Source of the DNA: Cyanophora paradoxa CCMP329
Taxonomy: Eukaryota > Plantae > Glaucophyta
NCBI GenBank assembly: GCA_004431415.1
Contig: QPMI01000038.1
Coordinates: forward strand, 62,001-126,000
Length of the DNA stretch: 64,000 bases
Reading direction: 5' to 3'
Position 1 is the first letter of the stretch; each line of letters starts with the position of its first letter. Of this stretch, positions 31,493 to 43,538 are shown piece by piece. The position numbers and the translations under genes were made by a program. The notes under the pieces were generated by a model that saw only the letters and a list, made by a program, of their open reading frames with translations, did no database searches and was not told the DNA's origin.

Positions 31493-32848
31493 AGTTATAT
31501 ATTTAGTTATATATAGTTATATATAGCCTTGTAGGCTTGAGGTTACGACTTTGCTGCTTCACTGGGCTTGAATTTGAGGCCTGTGACTCAGTGATATATA
31601 CTATTAAAAAGGGGGTCAATAAGTCAGCGAGCCTCGGAGGAAGCTAGCGCTTCTGAGCCCTCGGAGGCCCTGATCATGATGCCTTCATGACGGGCATGAT
31701 CATGATCATGAGCCTCATGATCAGCTGCAGGCCCTGAGGATCCGGATCCGGACCCCGCGGCTGGGCTACTAGGCTAGGCGCTGGAGGTTACCGTTGTTTC
31801 GTAGTACGGCTTCGACTTCACTGTTTCATGATCATGACGTTGCTGGGCTTGAATTTGCAATTGAGGTCCTGGGCCTGCTGGGCTTGAATTTGAGGCCCCG
31901 GGCCCCTGGGCTCATGAGCATCATGATCATCGGATTAGGCCCTGAGGACCTCGCGGCTGGGCTAGGCTAGCGCTTAGGCATGATGGGCTAGGCTTCGACT
32001 CGGCGAATTCATGATCAGGGAGGATCATCGGATTATGATCAGGACATCGGCTAAGCTCTGGAGTCCGGACTAGTTCACGGCCCGCTGGCCGGGCTTCGTG
32101 ATCATGATCATTCAGTCATAACTGGCCTGATGGCATGATGGGCCTGGGCCTGCCCTTTCTTCCCGCCTCGCCCACGCTTGCCTGCCTCGTAGACTCGAGC
32201 TCTGAAAAGAACTAGTACTATCCGCAGAAGCATTTCGAGTTGGCCCTCGAATTAATATTCGAAATGCGGAATTCGAAAGTCGTTATCGATTCTTGAGCTT
32301 CACCAACTTGGCAAATCTCATCATGAGCACTGCGGCATCATGGCATGTGCGCGACCCTGTGCACGCCCTGCAGCTGTGCGGGCCCTGCACTGATTCCCAC
32401 GCGGGCCCCGCACCATCCGCCGTAAATATGAGTGGTTCACATCATTAGTCAACGATTTTTCCATACATAGCTTGGCTGGGCTCCGTCGGATCCGTCGGAA
32501 ACACAGCTCATGATCAGGGGGCTTGAGCCGGGCGCTGGCGTAAACGTGCGCATGCCGGCGTCCGATCCGGTCCCAGCGCGCTCAGATCTAGATCAAGAAC
32601 AACATTGTGCGTCGATATCAGAGCAACGCCCTCTTTTGCAGGTATCGGATGCTGTCCGCCGGTCCGGGGGCTTAGCAGAAAGAGGGGAGAAAGAATATAT
32701 ATGCCTAGGGGATTCGAATTCGAATTCAATTCTTAGAGACATGTATAAGTACATGCTCATGATCATGATCAGCGGCTTATAATTATATAGAGAAATCTAT
32801 AAAAAGGGGAAGATATAGCTCTGCGTATCATGCATATATATGCTCGCC

Positions 32849-35800
32849 CTGATCAACAGCGCCAGTTTCGAGAATATTAATCGGCCTGCACTAAGCATCG
32901 TTCGAAAAGACCTATAAGCAGAAGCATCTCGATCGAGACTGGGCCGCGGACCTGCAGAACCCGCTGTGCAATTTGAGGTCGAACGTCGATTTCGGAGATT
33001 GCGCTCCTCGTATCATGCGCGCGCTGATCAACAGCGCCAGTTTCGAGAATCGGCCTGCACTGAGCATCGTTCGAAAAGACCTATAAGCATAAGCATCTCG
33101 ATCGAGACTGGGCCGCGGACCTGCAGAACCCGCTGTGCGATTTGAGGTCGAACGTCGATTTCGGAGATTGCGCTCCTCGTATCGTGCGCACGCGGATCAA
33201 CAGCGCCAGTTTCGAGAATCGGCCTGCACTAAGCATCGTTCGAAAAGACCTATAATCAGAAGCATCTCGATCGAGACTGGGCCGCGGACCTGCAGAACCC
33301 GCTGTGCAATTTGAGGTCAAACGTCGATTTCGGAGATTGCACTCCTCGTATCATGCGCGCGCTGATCAACAGCGCCAGTTTCGAGAATCGGCCTGCACTA
33401 AGCATCGTTCGAAAAGACCTATAAGCAGAAGCATCTCGATCGAGACTGGGCCGCGGACCTGCAGAACCCGCTGTGCAATTTATGGTCGAACGTCGATTCC
33501 AGATTGCGCTCCTCGTATCGTGCGCACGCTGATCAACAGCGCCAGTTTCGAGAATCGGCCTGCAGTTAGCATCGTTCGAAAAGACCTATAAGCATAAGCA
33601 TCTCGATCGAGACTGGGCCGCGGACCTGCAGAACCCGCTGTGCAATTCGTGGTCAAACGTCGATTTCGGAGATTGCGCTCCTCGTATCGTGCGCACGCTG
33701 ATCAACAGCGCCAGTTTCGAGAATCGGCCTGCACTAAGCATCGTTTGAAAAGACCTATAAGCAGAAGCATCTCGATCGAGACTGGGCCGCGGACCTGCAG
33801 AACCCGCTGTGCAATTCATGGTCGAACGTCGATTTCGGAGATTGCTCTCCTCGTATCATGCGCGCGCTGATCAACAGCGCCAGTTTCGAGAATCGGCCTG
33901 CACTAAGCATCGTTCGAAAAGACCTATAAGCATAAGCATCTCGATCGAGACTGGGCCGCGGACCTGCAGAACCCGCTGTGCGATTTGAGGTCAAACGTCG
34001 ATTTCGGAGATTGCGCTCCTCGTATCGTGCGCACGCTGATCAACAGCGCCAGTTTCGAGAATCGGCCTGCAGTTAGCATCGTTCGAAAAGAGCTATTAGC
34101 AGAAGCATCTCGATCGAGACTGGGCCGCGGACCTGCAGAACCGGCTGTGCAATTCATGGTCAAACGTCGATTATGGAGATTGCGCTCCTCATATCGTGCG
34201 CACGCTGATCAACAGCGCCAGTTTCGAGAATCGGCCTGCAGTTAGAATCGTTCGAAAAGAGCTATTAGCAGAAGCATCTCGATCGAGACTGGGCCGCGGA
34301 CCTGCAGAACCCGCTGTGCAATTCATGGTCAAACGTCGATTTCGGAGATTGCGCTCCTCGTATCGTGCGCATGCTGATCAACAGCGCCAGTTTCGAGAAT
34401 CGGCCTGCAGTTAGCATCGTTCGAAAAGACCTATAAGCAGAAGCATCTCGATCGAGACTGGGCCGCGGACCTGCAGATTCCGCTGTGCGATTTGAGGTCA
34501 AACGTCGATTTCGGAGATTGCGCTCCTCGTATCATGTGCGCGCTGATCAACAGCGCCAGTTTCGAGAATCGGCCTGCACTGAGCATCGTTCGAAAAGATT
34601 TTTAAGCAGAAGCATCTCGATCGAGACTGGGCTGCGGACCTGCAGAACCCGCTGTGCAATTCATGGTCAAACGTCAATTTCGGAGATTGCACTCCTCTTA
34701 TCGTGTGCATGCTGATCAACAGCGCCAGTTTCGAGAATCGGCCTGCACTAAGCATCGTTCGAAAAGACCTATAAGCAGAAGCATCTCGATCGAGACTGGG
34801 CCGCGGACCTGCAGAACCCGCTGTCCAATGTGTGGTCTAACGTCGATTTCGGAGATTGCGCTCCTCGTATCGTGCGCACGCTGATCAACAGCGCCAGTTT
34901 CGAGAATCGGCCTGCACTGAGCATCGTTCGAAAAGACCTATAAGCAGAAGCATCTCGATCGAGACTGGGCCGCGGACCTGCAGAACCCGCTGTGCGATTT
35001 GAGGTCGAACGTCGATTTCGGAGATTGCGCTCCTCGTATCGTGCGCACGCGGATCAACAGCGCCAGTTTCGAGAATCGGCCTGCACTAAGCATCGTTCGA
35101 AAAGACCTATAAGCAGAAGCATCTCGATCGAGACTGGGCCGCGGACCTGCAGAACCCGCTGTGCAATTTGAGGTCAAACGTCGATTTCGGAGATTGCGCT
35201 CCTCGTATCGTGCGCGCGCTGATCAACAGCGCCAGTTTCGAGAATCGGCCTGCACTAAGCATCGTTTCAAAGGACCTATAAGCAGAAGCATCTCGATCGA
35301 GACTGGGCCGCGTACCTGCAGAACCCGCTGTGCAATTCATGGTCAAACGTCGATTTCGGAGATTGCGCTCCTCGTATCATGTGCGCGCTGATCAACAGCG
35401 CCAGTTTCGAGAATCGGCCTGCACTAAGCATCGTTCGAAAAGACCTATAAGCAGAAGCATCTCGATCGAGACTGGGCCGCGGACCTGCAGATTCCGCTGT
35501 GCGATTTGAGGTCAAACGTCGATTTCGGAGATTGCACTCCTCGTATCGTGTGCATGCTGATCAACAGGGCCAGTTTCGAGAATCGGCCTGCACTAAGCAT
35601 CGTTCGAAAAGACCTATAAGCAGAAGCATCTCGATCGAGACTGGGCCGCGGACCTGCAGATTCCGCTGTGCAATTTGAGGTCAAACGTCGATTTCGGAGA
35701 TTGCGCTCCTCGTATCGTGCGCGCGCTGATCAACAGCGCCAGTTTCGAGAATCGGCCTGCACTAAGCATCGTTCGAAAAGACCTATAAGCAGAAGCATCT

Positions 35801-38800
35801 CGATCGAGACTGGGCTGCGGACCTGCAGAACCCGCTGTGCAATTTGAGGTCGAACGTCGATTCCAGATTGCGCTCCTCGTATCGTGCGCACGCTGATCAA
35901 CAGCGCCAGTTTCGAGAATCGGCCTGCAGTTAGCATCGTTCGAAAAGACCTATAAGCAGAAGCATCTCGATCGAGACTGGGCCGCGGACCTGCAGAACCC
36001 GCTGTGCAATTCATGGTCAAACGTCGATTTCGGAGATTGCGCTCCTCGTATCATGTGCGCGCTGATCAACAGCGCCAGTTTCGAGAATCGGCCTGCACTA
36101 AGCATCGTTCGAAAAGACCTATAAGCAGAAGCATCTCGATCGAGACTGGGCCGCGGACCTGCAGAACCCGCTGTGCAATTCATGGTCAAACGTCAATTTC
36201 GGAGATCGCACTCCTCTTATCGTGTGCATGCTGATCAACAGCGCCAGTTTCGAGAATCGGCCTGCACTAAGCATCGTTCGAAAAGACCTATAAGCAGAAG
36301 CATCTCGATCGAGACTGGGCCGCGGACCTGCAGAACCGGCTGTGCAATTCATGGTCAAACGTCGATTTCGGAGATTGCGCTCCTCGTATCATGTGCGCGC
36401 TGATCAACAGCGCCAGTTTCGAGAATCGGCCTGCACTAAGCATCATTCGAAAAGACCTATAAGCAGAAGCATCTCGATCGAGACTGGGCTGCGGACCTGC
36501 AGAACCCGCTGTGCAATTTGAGGTTGAACGTCGATTCCAGATTGCGCTCCTCGTATTGTGCGCACGCTGATCAACAGCGCCAGTTTCGAGAATCGGCCTG
36601 CAGTTAGCATCGTTCGAAAAGACCTATAAGCAGAAGCATCTCGATCGAGACTGGGCCGCGGACCTGCAGAACCCGCTGTGCAATTCATGGTCAAACGTCG
36701 ATTTCGGAGATTGCGCTCCTCATCATGCGCGCGCTGATCAACAGCGCCAGTTTCGAGAATCGGCCTGCACTGAGCATCGTTCGAAAAGACCTATAAGCAG
36801 AAGCATCTCGATCGAGACTGGGCCGCGGACCTGCAGATTCCGCTGTGCAATTTGAGGTCAAACGTCGATTTCGGAGATTGCGCTCCTCGTATCGTGCGCA
36901 CGCTGATCAACAGCGCCAGTTTCGAGAATCGGCCTGCACTAAGCATCGTTCGAAAAGACCTTTAAGCAGAAGCTTCTCGATCGAGACTGGGCCGCGGACC
37001 TGCAGATTCCGCTGTGCGATTTGAGGTCGAACGTCGATTTCGGAGATTGCGCTCCTCGTATCGTGTGCACGCTGATCAACAGCGCCAGTTTCGAGAATCG
37101 GCCTGCACTAAGCATCGTTCGAGAAGACCTATAAGCAGAAGCATCTCGATCGAGACTGGGCCGCGGACCTGCAGAACCCGCTGTGCAATTCATGGTCAAA
37201 CGTCGATTTCGGAGATTGCGCTCCTCGTATCATGTGCGCGCTGATCAACAGCGCCAGTTTCGAGAATCGGCCTGCACTAAGCATCGTTCGAAAAGACCTA
37301 TAAGCAGAAGCATCTCTATCGAGACTGGGCCGCGGACCTGCAGAACCCGCTGTGCAATTCATGGTCAAACGTCGATTTCGGAGATTGCACTCCTCTTATC
37401 GTGTGCATGCTGATCAACAGCGCCAGTCTCGAGAATCGGCCTGCACTAAGCATCGTTCGAAAAGACCTATAATCAGAAGCATCTCGATCGAGACTGGGCC
37501 GCGGACCTGCAGAACCCGCTGTGCAATTCATGGTCAAACGTCGATTTCGGAGATTGCGCTCCTCGTATCATGTGCGCGCTGATCAACAGCGCCAGTTTCG
37601 AGAATCGGCCTGCACTAAGCATCGTTCGAAAAGACCTATAAGCAGAAGCATCTCGATCGAGACTGGGCTGCGGACCTGCAGAACCCGCTGTGCAATTTGA
37701 GGTTGAACGTCGATTCCAGATTGCGCTCCTCGTATTGTGCGCACGCTGATCAACAGCGCCAGTTTCGAGAATCGGCCTGCAGTTAGCATCGTTCGAAAAG
37801 ACCTATAAGCAGAAGCATCTCGATCGAGACTGGGCCGCGGACCTACAGAACCCGCTGTGCAATTTGTGGTCAAACATGGATTTCGGAGATTGCGCTCCTC
37901 GTATTGTGCGCACGCTGATCAACAGCGCCAGTTTCGAGAATCGGCCTGCAGTTAGCATCGTTCGAAAAGACCTATAAGCAGAAGCTTCTCGATCGAGACT
38001 GGGCCGCGGACCTGCAGATTCCGCTGTGCAATTTGAGGTCAAACGTCGATTTCGGAGATTGCGCTCCTCTTATGGTGCGCGCGCTGATCAACAGCGCCAG
38101 TTTCGAGAATCGGCCTGCACTAAGCATCGTTCGAAAAGACCTATAAGCAGAAGCATCTCGATCGAGACTGGGCCGCGGACCTGCAGATTCCGCTGTGCGA
38201 TTTGAGGTCGAACGTCGATTTCGGAGATTGCGCTCCTCGTATCATGTGCGCGCTGATCAACAGCGCCAGTTTCGAGAATCGGCCTGCACTAAGCATCGTT
38301 CGAAAAGACCTATAAGCAGAAGCATCTCGATCGAGACTGGGCCGCGGACCTGCAGAACCCGGTGTGCAATTCATGGTCAAACGTCGATTTCGGAGATTGC
38401 GCTCCTCGTATCATGTGCGCGCTGATCAACAGCGCCAGTTTCGAGAATCGGCCTGCACTAAGCATCGTTCGAAAAGACCTATAAGCATAAGCATCTCGAT
38501 CGAGACTGGGCCGCGGACCTGCAGAACCCGCTGTGCAATTCATGGTCAAACGTCAATTTCGGAGATTGCGCTCCTTGTCACAGTGTATCATGCGCGCGCT
38601 GATCAACAGCGCCAGTTTCGAGAATCGGCCTGCAGTTAGAATCGTTCGAAAAGACCTATAAGCAGAAGCATCTCGATCGAGACTGGGCCGCGGAACTGCA
38701 GAACCCGCTGTGCAATTCGAGGTCAAACGTCGATTTCGGAGATTGCGCTCCTCGTATTGTGCACACGCTGATCAACAGCGCCAGTTTCGAGAATAGGCCT

Positions 38801-39671
38801 GCAGTTAGCATCGTTCGAAAAGACCTATTAGCAGACGCATCTCGATCGAGACTGGGCCGCGGACCTGCAGAACCTGCTGTGCAATTTGTGGTCAAACATC
38901 GATTTCGGAGATTGCGCTCCTCGTATCATGCGCACGCTGATCAACAGCGCCAGTTTCGAGAATCGGCCTGCACTAAGCATCGTTCGAAAAGACCTATTAG
39001 CAGACGCATCTCGATCGAGACTGGGCCGCGGACCTGCAGAACCCGCTGTGCAATTCATGGTCAAACGTCGATTTCGGAGATTGCGCTCCTTGTCACAGTG
39101 TATCATGCGCGCGCTGATCAACAGCGCCAGTTTCGAGAATCGGCCTGCACTGAGCATCGTTCGAAAAGACCTATAAGCAGAAGCATCTCGATCGAGACTG
39201 GGCCGCGGACCTGCAGAACCCGCTGTGCAATTTGAGGTCAAACGTCGATTTCGGAGATTGCGCTCCTCGTATCGTGCGCACGCTGATCAACAGCGCCAGT
39301 TTCGAGAATCGGCCTGCAGTTAGCATCGTTCGAAAAGAGCTATTAGCAGAAGCATCTCGATCGAGACTGGGCCACGGACCTGCAGAACCCGCTGTGCAAT
39401 TTGTGGTCGAACGTCGATTTTGGAGATTGCGCTCCCCGTACCATGCGCTTGCTGATTAACAGCGCCAGTTTCGAGAATCGGCCTGCACTAAGCATCGTTC
39501 GAAAAGACCTATAAGCAGAAGCTTCTCGATCGAGACTGGGCCGCGGACCTGCAGAACCCGCTGTGCAATTTGAGGTCGAACGTCGATTCCAGATTGCGCT
39601 CCTCGTATCGTGTGCACGCTGATCAACAGCGCCAGTTTCGAGAATCGGCCTGCACTAAGCATCGTTCAAAA
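32849..39671. repeat. 169-bp satellite, about 40 units
   Basis: CTGATCAACAGCGCCAGTTTCGAGAATCGGCCTGCA recurs every 169 bp, with 167- and 177-bp variants. Confidence 0.97.
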
Positions 39672-40309
39672 AAGCGCTTGGGACTTTACTCGTGGGGGAG
39701 AAGCGAGAGAGGGGTACCGGTCTCGTCGCGCACGATTGTGAGTAGCATCTATAGGTTGTCGCGCTGCGATCGGAGAACTAGCTAGAGCGCGCGATCCATC
39801 TAGCTAGAGACTTTAACACCGCCGGCTACCTCGGCGGTGCTCGGTTTGAGTGTTCAGTACGCGACCATCGGCAGCCATCGATCTCAAGAGCACCGATTTG
39901 GCAGTCGTACTTCGGTTGTGACTTAGTTGAAATCAATGCTTATCGCATTCGAAGCGCCGCGCCAGCCGCTGGGACGCATAATGGTCGGGCCTGGGTAAAG
40001 TTGGCCGATGTCGGGCCAACCCACAACCTCCCCTTAGAAGCTGCGGTTCGTCTCTAAACATCCTATAAGAACAATCAAACGCGTTAAGGCAGCCCGCATG
40101 CATCGCTCTCTTCACGAGTTGTGCTCGCCTCCACGCTGGACCACAGAAGCAACCGGCCATGAACCGGGCCATCGGAGCTCAACGGATCCCGCGCACTTAT
40201 GCCTATCTAAGCACATTTAGCACGGCAGCAGTGCTCCCCTGCACGGCTTTCCTAGGTGGGGTAAAGACGGGTGTGGTAAAGTCAGCCCTAAGTGAGTGAA
40301 GTTGCAAGT

Positions 40310-41938
40310 TTACCATATGGTAAACTTAATTCCTGGCTCCCAGTGTCTCATAGCTGAATTTGCAAGTGTCCCATTCACATGTACATAGTGTTCATTCAAA
40401 AAGATTCTTTCTGGGACATTACAAGTCTGATAAAGAGAAACCCCCAAGTTATCAAGAGGCTCTACCTTTGCGAATTCTGGTTGGTCATTGATCTCATCCC
40501 AAGTATGTTCATGTTTGCTTGGTGGGAACTCAGTAGGTATCCCATCAATTTCTCCCCAATCATGCCTGTGATCCTCTGGTGGATACTTTTGAGGTTTGCC
40601 TAAGATCTCATCCCAATCATGATTGTGATCCTCTGGGGGATACTTTGCAGGTTTATTATTAATTTGTTCATAATCAGGAAAGAACTCCCAGATCTCAGGT
40701 CGAAATCCATCTGGTAACAATTCCTCATGGGGTTCATAAGGTTGCTCATAGTCAACAGCTGGTGGATCATGCCCATCTGGCAAATACTCCTCATCAGGTT
40801 CATAGTTCTGCTCATACTCAAACTCTTGTGGATCTAAGCCATCTGGCAATATTTCCTCCTCATTGGGATCAAACTGATCATATTCATATTCTTGTGGGTC
40901 AAAACCATCTGGTAAATACTCCTCCTCATCTGGAACGAATTGATATTCATCAAGCTCTAATATGTCGACTTCAGGAGGTAAATACTGCTCATCTATTTGC
41001 TTTCTTGGTTCAATTATGGAATTATTGCGAACTTGCTCCCAACTAACAATGTGCTGCCCAAAAGGAACTGTCTCATCTGCTGTGTACTCTCTGCCTGGTT
41101 GCTTTTTCGGTGTTAAATCCGGTGGATCCCATGGAAGAGGGAAGGGAACTGGGACAGGTCCATAATACTCAAAGATCTCTCTTATGGTCTTCTCACTTAC
41201 AAGCTTCTCTCCATTTGCATACACATTGCTGCCATGGATATTTCGCCATTGCCTGGTTCTTATTCCAAGGTTTTTCACATTGCTATACAAAGGCAAAAGG
41301 TGCCTATCCATTTCAACAAGATCAGGATGTAAATGGATTGCTACTGGCTGACTGGGGCTACTGTTAATGGTAATTGAGGGCTTTTTTTGATGGACATCTT
41401 TTGGAGTAAAGAACCCAAAAGGCTCATTCCTTGCAAAGTCATATGTAATATCCTTGGGGTAGACATCATTTGTGTAGGAGACCTGATTTGTATTGGCAAT
41501 GGGACCCACTTGCAATACTTGGGGGACCTCAGCTTTTGCAGTGCTGCCCTCATTGTAAATTCGCAAAGCTGTGTTCTGTTTGCCATGCTCATCTTGAACA
41601 TTGAAAATCAATCGACCACTATCGAACCTGGAAGGTATATCTGGGTGAGTGCCACTGGTTTTTAGTTTCCTAGGTCTCCTTCTTGTTGCTTTGATCTCTG
41701 CCACTTGGTTTGCTTTCACATTACCCAAGCTAAAAGCAACACTGACTTCCTCTTTATCTGGATCAGTTTGATTCACAGACAAAGCATGCTCTCTTGACTG
41801 AGTCTTGGATGAATTATCGGAACTGTGGTCAATCGAAACTGAACCCTTTACTTTAATATTATCAAAGTTCACATGCTTGGTGCTGCTTGCATTATCATCT
41901 TGAATGGTTTCTAGATTGGGTGGGTAATTGAAGCTCAT
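40310..41938 (-). CDS. Putative virion fibre protein with acidic Pro-rich repeats and phage-tail-type His repeats
   Basis: LLP.....NLG...RQWRNI motif; about 4-5 EExLPDG repeats; three PPxxHxHxWxEI repeats. Confidence 0.65.
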   Translation of the reverse strand: MSFNYPPNLETIQDDNASSTKHVNFDNIKVKGSVSIDHSSDNSSKTQSREHALSVNQTDPDKEEVSVAFSLGNVKANQVAEIKATRRRPRKLKTSGTHPDIPSRFDSGRLIFNVQDEHGKQNTALRIYNEGSTAKAEVPQVLQVGPIANTNQVSYTNDVYPKDITYDFARNEPFGFFTPKDVHQKKPSITINSSPSQPVAIHLHPDLVEMDRHLLPLYSNVKNLGIRTRQWRNIHGSNVYANGEKLVSEKTIREIFEYYGPVPVPFPLPWDPPDLTPKKQPGREYTADETVPFGQHIVSWEQVRNNSIIEPRKQIDEQYLPPEVDILELDEYQFVPDEEEYLPDGFDPQEYEYDQFDPNEEEILPDGLDPQEFEYEQNYEPDEEYLPDGHDPPAVDYEQPYEPHEELLPDGFRPEIWEFFPDYEQINNKPAKYPPEDHNHDWDEILGKPQKYPPEDHRHDWGEIDGIPTEFPPSKHEHTWDEINDQPEFAKVEPLDNLGVSLYQTCNVPERIFLNEHYVHVNGTLANSAMRHWEPGIKFTIW

Positions 41939-41981
41939 GGCTTTTACTATATGGATTTATAAAATTCCTGATTAGTAAAAG

Positions 41982-43538
41982 ATGCCTCTCAAGGTTTGTT
42001 TAAGTCTTTCTGGCGGGGGTGCAAGGGGCATTATCATAACCAGGCTGCTCAAAGAAATCGAAAATCGAACTGGCAGGAGAATAATCGATCTTGTGGATCT
42101 TGTGAGTGGAACTTCCACTGGTGGGATCATTGCAATAGGTTTGAATATCAGGCATCCTGATAAACCAGGTGAACCTAAACTGACAGCAAACGATTTACAC
42201 AATATTTACCTAACTCAACTGCCCTTGATTTTCGCAAATCCTCGAAATATAATCGAAAATGCCCTATTTAACACAAAGTATGATGTCGGACCCTTGGAGA
42301 CTGCAATCAATTCAGTTACTGGTGAATCACTAATACAGGATTCCTTAAAGGACATTGTGATTACATCCTTTGATACTCAGAATATGAAACCAATATTTAT
42401 CACAAATGACAACAATTACAACTTTATGCCTTGTAAGATTGCTGCTAGGGCTACTTCTGCTGCTCCTACATATTTCTCTCCTGTAAGCATTGTTGATTTC
42501 AATCGGGGGGTATTTGTCTGTCTAATTGATGGTGCGATTTCTGGAAACAATAATCCCAGTGTGTGTGGTTACAGCCATGCAAAGAAGATTTACAGTGATG
42601 ATGATGATATTATAGTAATAAGTATCTCTTGTGGTGAGGTGGACCCACATTTAGAGTCTGATTATGTGGGTTATGCTTATGAGACTGTAAACAGCTGGGG
42701 CATTCTCTCATGGATTGCCTCAACAGATGGAAGCCCATTGATTAACATGCTCATGGCTGCAAGTGAGCTTTCTGCCCTTGATAAGATGGAGGAGTTGTTA
42801 CCCTACAACTATGATCAAGATTATGGGAGATACTATAGGCTATCAGTCCCACTTCCAAATCATATAGTAAGCTCCCTTGATGACACTTCTAAGATCCCAG
42901 ATATGCTAGCATTCACTGAAACATACATTGCAGCAAACAATGATATGATTAATAAGCTTTGCAGCCTACTAGTAGCAAACTATGAACTAAAGAACCCTAC
43001 AAAGGCTTACATCTCATCCACTCTCACAGAGTCACCTCCTTTAGATGCTAATTGGTATCAGCTTGCAGATGATGCCTTTACTGCCTCATCCTCTGTGACA
43101 GGTAAAGAGCCTTTCATGGCAAGACCTTCAGCATTTGGCTGGGAAGCTGGAGCCTATGCTCCTGAACAAATATGGGAAACTCCCACTGAATACCTTCAAG
43201 TTGCTTTTCCATATACTTTTGAACTCTCATCTGTGATTGCCTATGGATCAGGGGAAACAAATGCTTTTATTAAGACTTTCAATGTGGCAACATCCACTGA
43301 TGGGATCAACTGGTCTTTTATTCGATCAGATGGGCAAAACAAAATATATGTCTGTGAGAACATTAACAATGCTCACAACTCTGGTGATGTGGCTCTATTG
43401 AGTGGATTTCCTCTCAGCATCAAGGATGCTTTTTACATAGGTTATTCTCTCAGAATCAAATATATTCGCATTTATCCCCTTGTGTATGTGAATGCTCCCA
43501 CAATGAGAGTTGACTTTACAGGTGCCTTTATTCGATAA
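41982..43538 (+). CDS. Patatin-like phospholipase fused to a C-terminal discoidin (F5/8 type C) domain
   Basis: LSLSGGGARG, GTSTG, ATSAAPTYF, DGA; then EYLQVAF...STDGINW...KYIRIYP...MRVDFTG. Confidence 0.9.
   Translation: MPLKVCLSLSGGGARGIIITRLLKEIENRTGRRIIDLVDLVSGTSTGGIIAIGLNIRHPDKPGEPKLTANDLHNIYLTQLPLIFANPRNIIENALFNTKYDVGPLETAINSVTGESLIQDSLKDIVITSFDTQNMKPIFITNDNNYNFMPCKIAARATSAAPTYFSPVSIVDFNRGVFVCLIDGAISGNNNPSVCGYSHAKKIYSDDDDIIVISISCGEVDPHLESDYVGYAYETVNSWGILSWIASTDGSPLINMLMAASELSALDKMEELLPYNYDQDYGRYYRLSVPLPNHIVSSLDDTSKIPDMLAFTETYIAANNDMINKLCSLLVANYELKNPTKAYISSTLTESPPLDANWYQLADDAFTASSSVTGKEPFMARPSAFGWEAGAYAPEQIWETPTEYLQVAFPYTFELSSVIAYGSGETNAFIKTFNVATSTDGINWSFIRSDGQNKIYVCENINNAHNSGDVALLSGFPLSIKDAFYIGYSLRIKYIRIYPLVYVNAPTMRVDFTGAFIR

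Noticed and set aside
38576-39098. TGTCACA inside two 177-bp satellite variants as captured viral iterons
   Set aside because: It is one 7-mer duplicated with its unit; chance cannot be excluded.
24054-39671. Tandem arrays as CRISPR or as coding repeats
   Set aside because: Units are contiguous with no unique spacers. The many ORFs simply recur at the 262/142/169-bp period.
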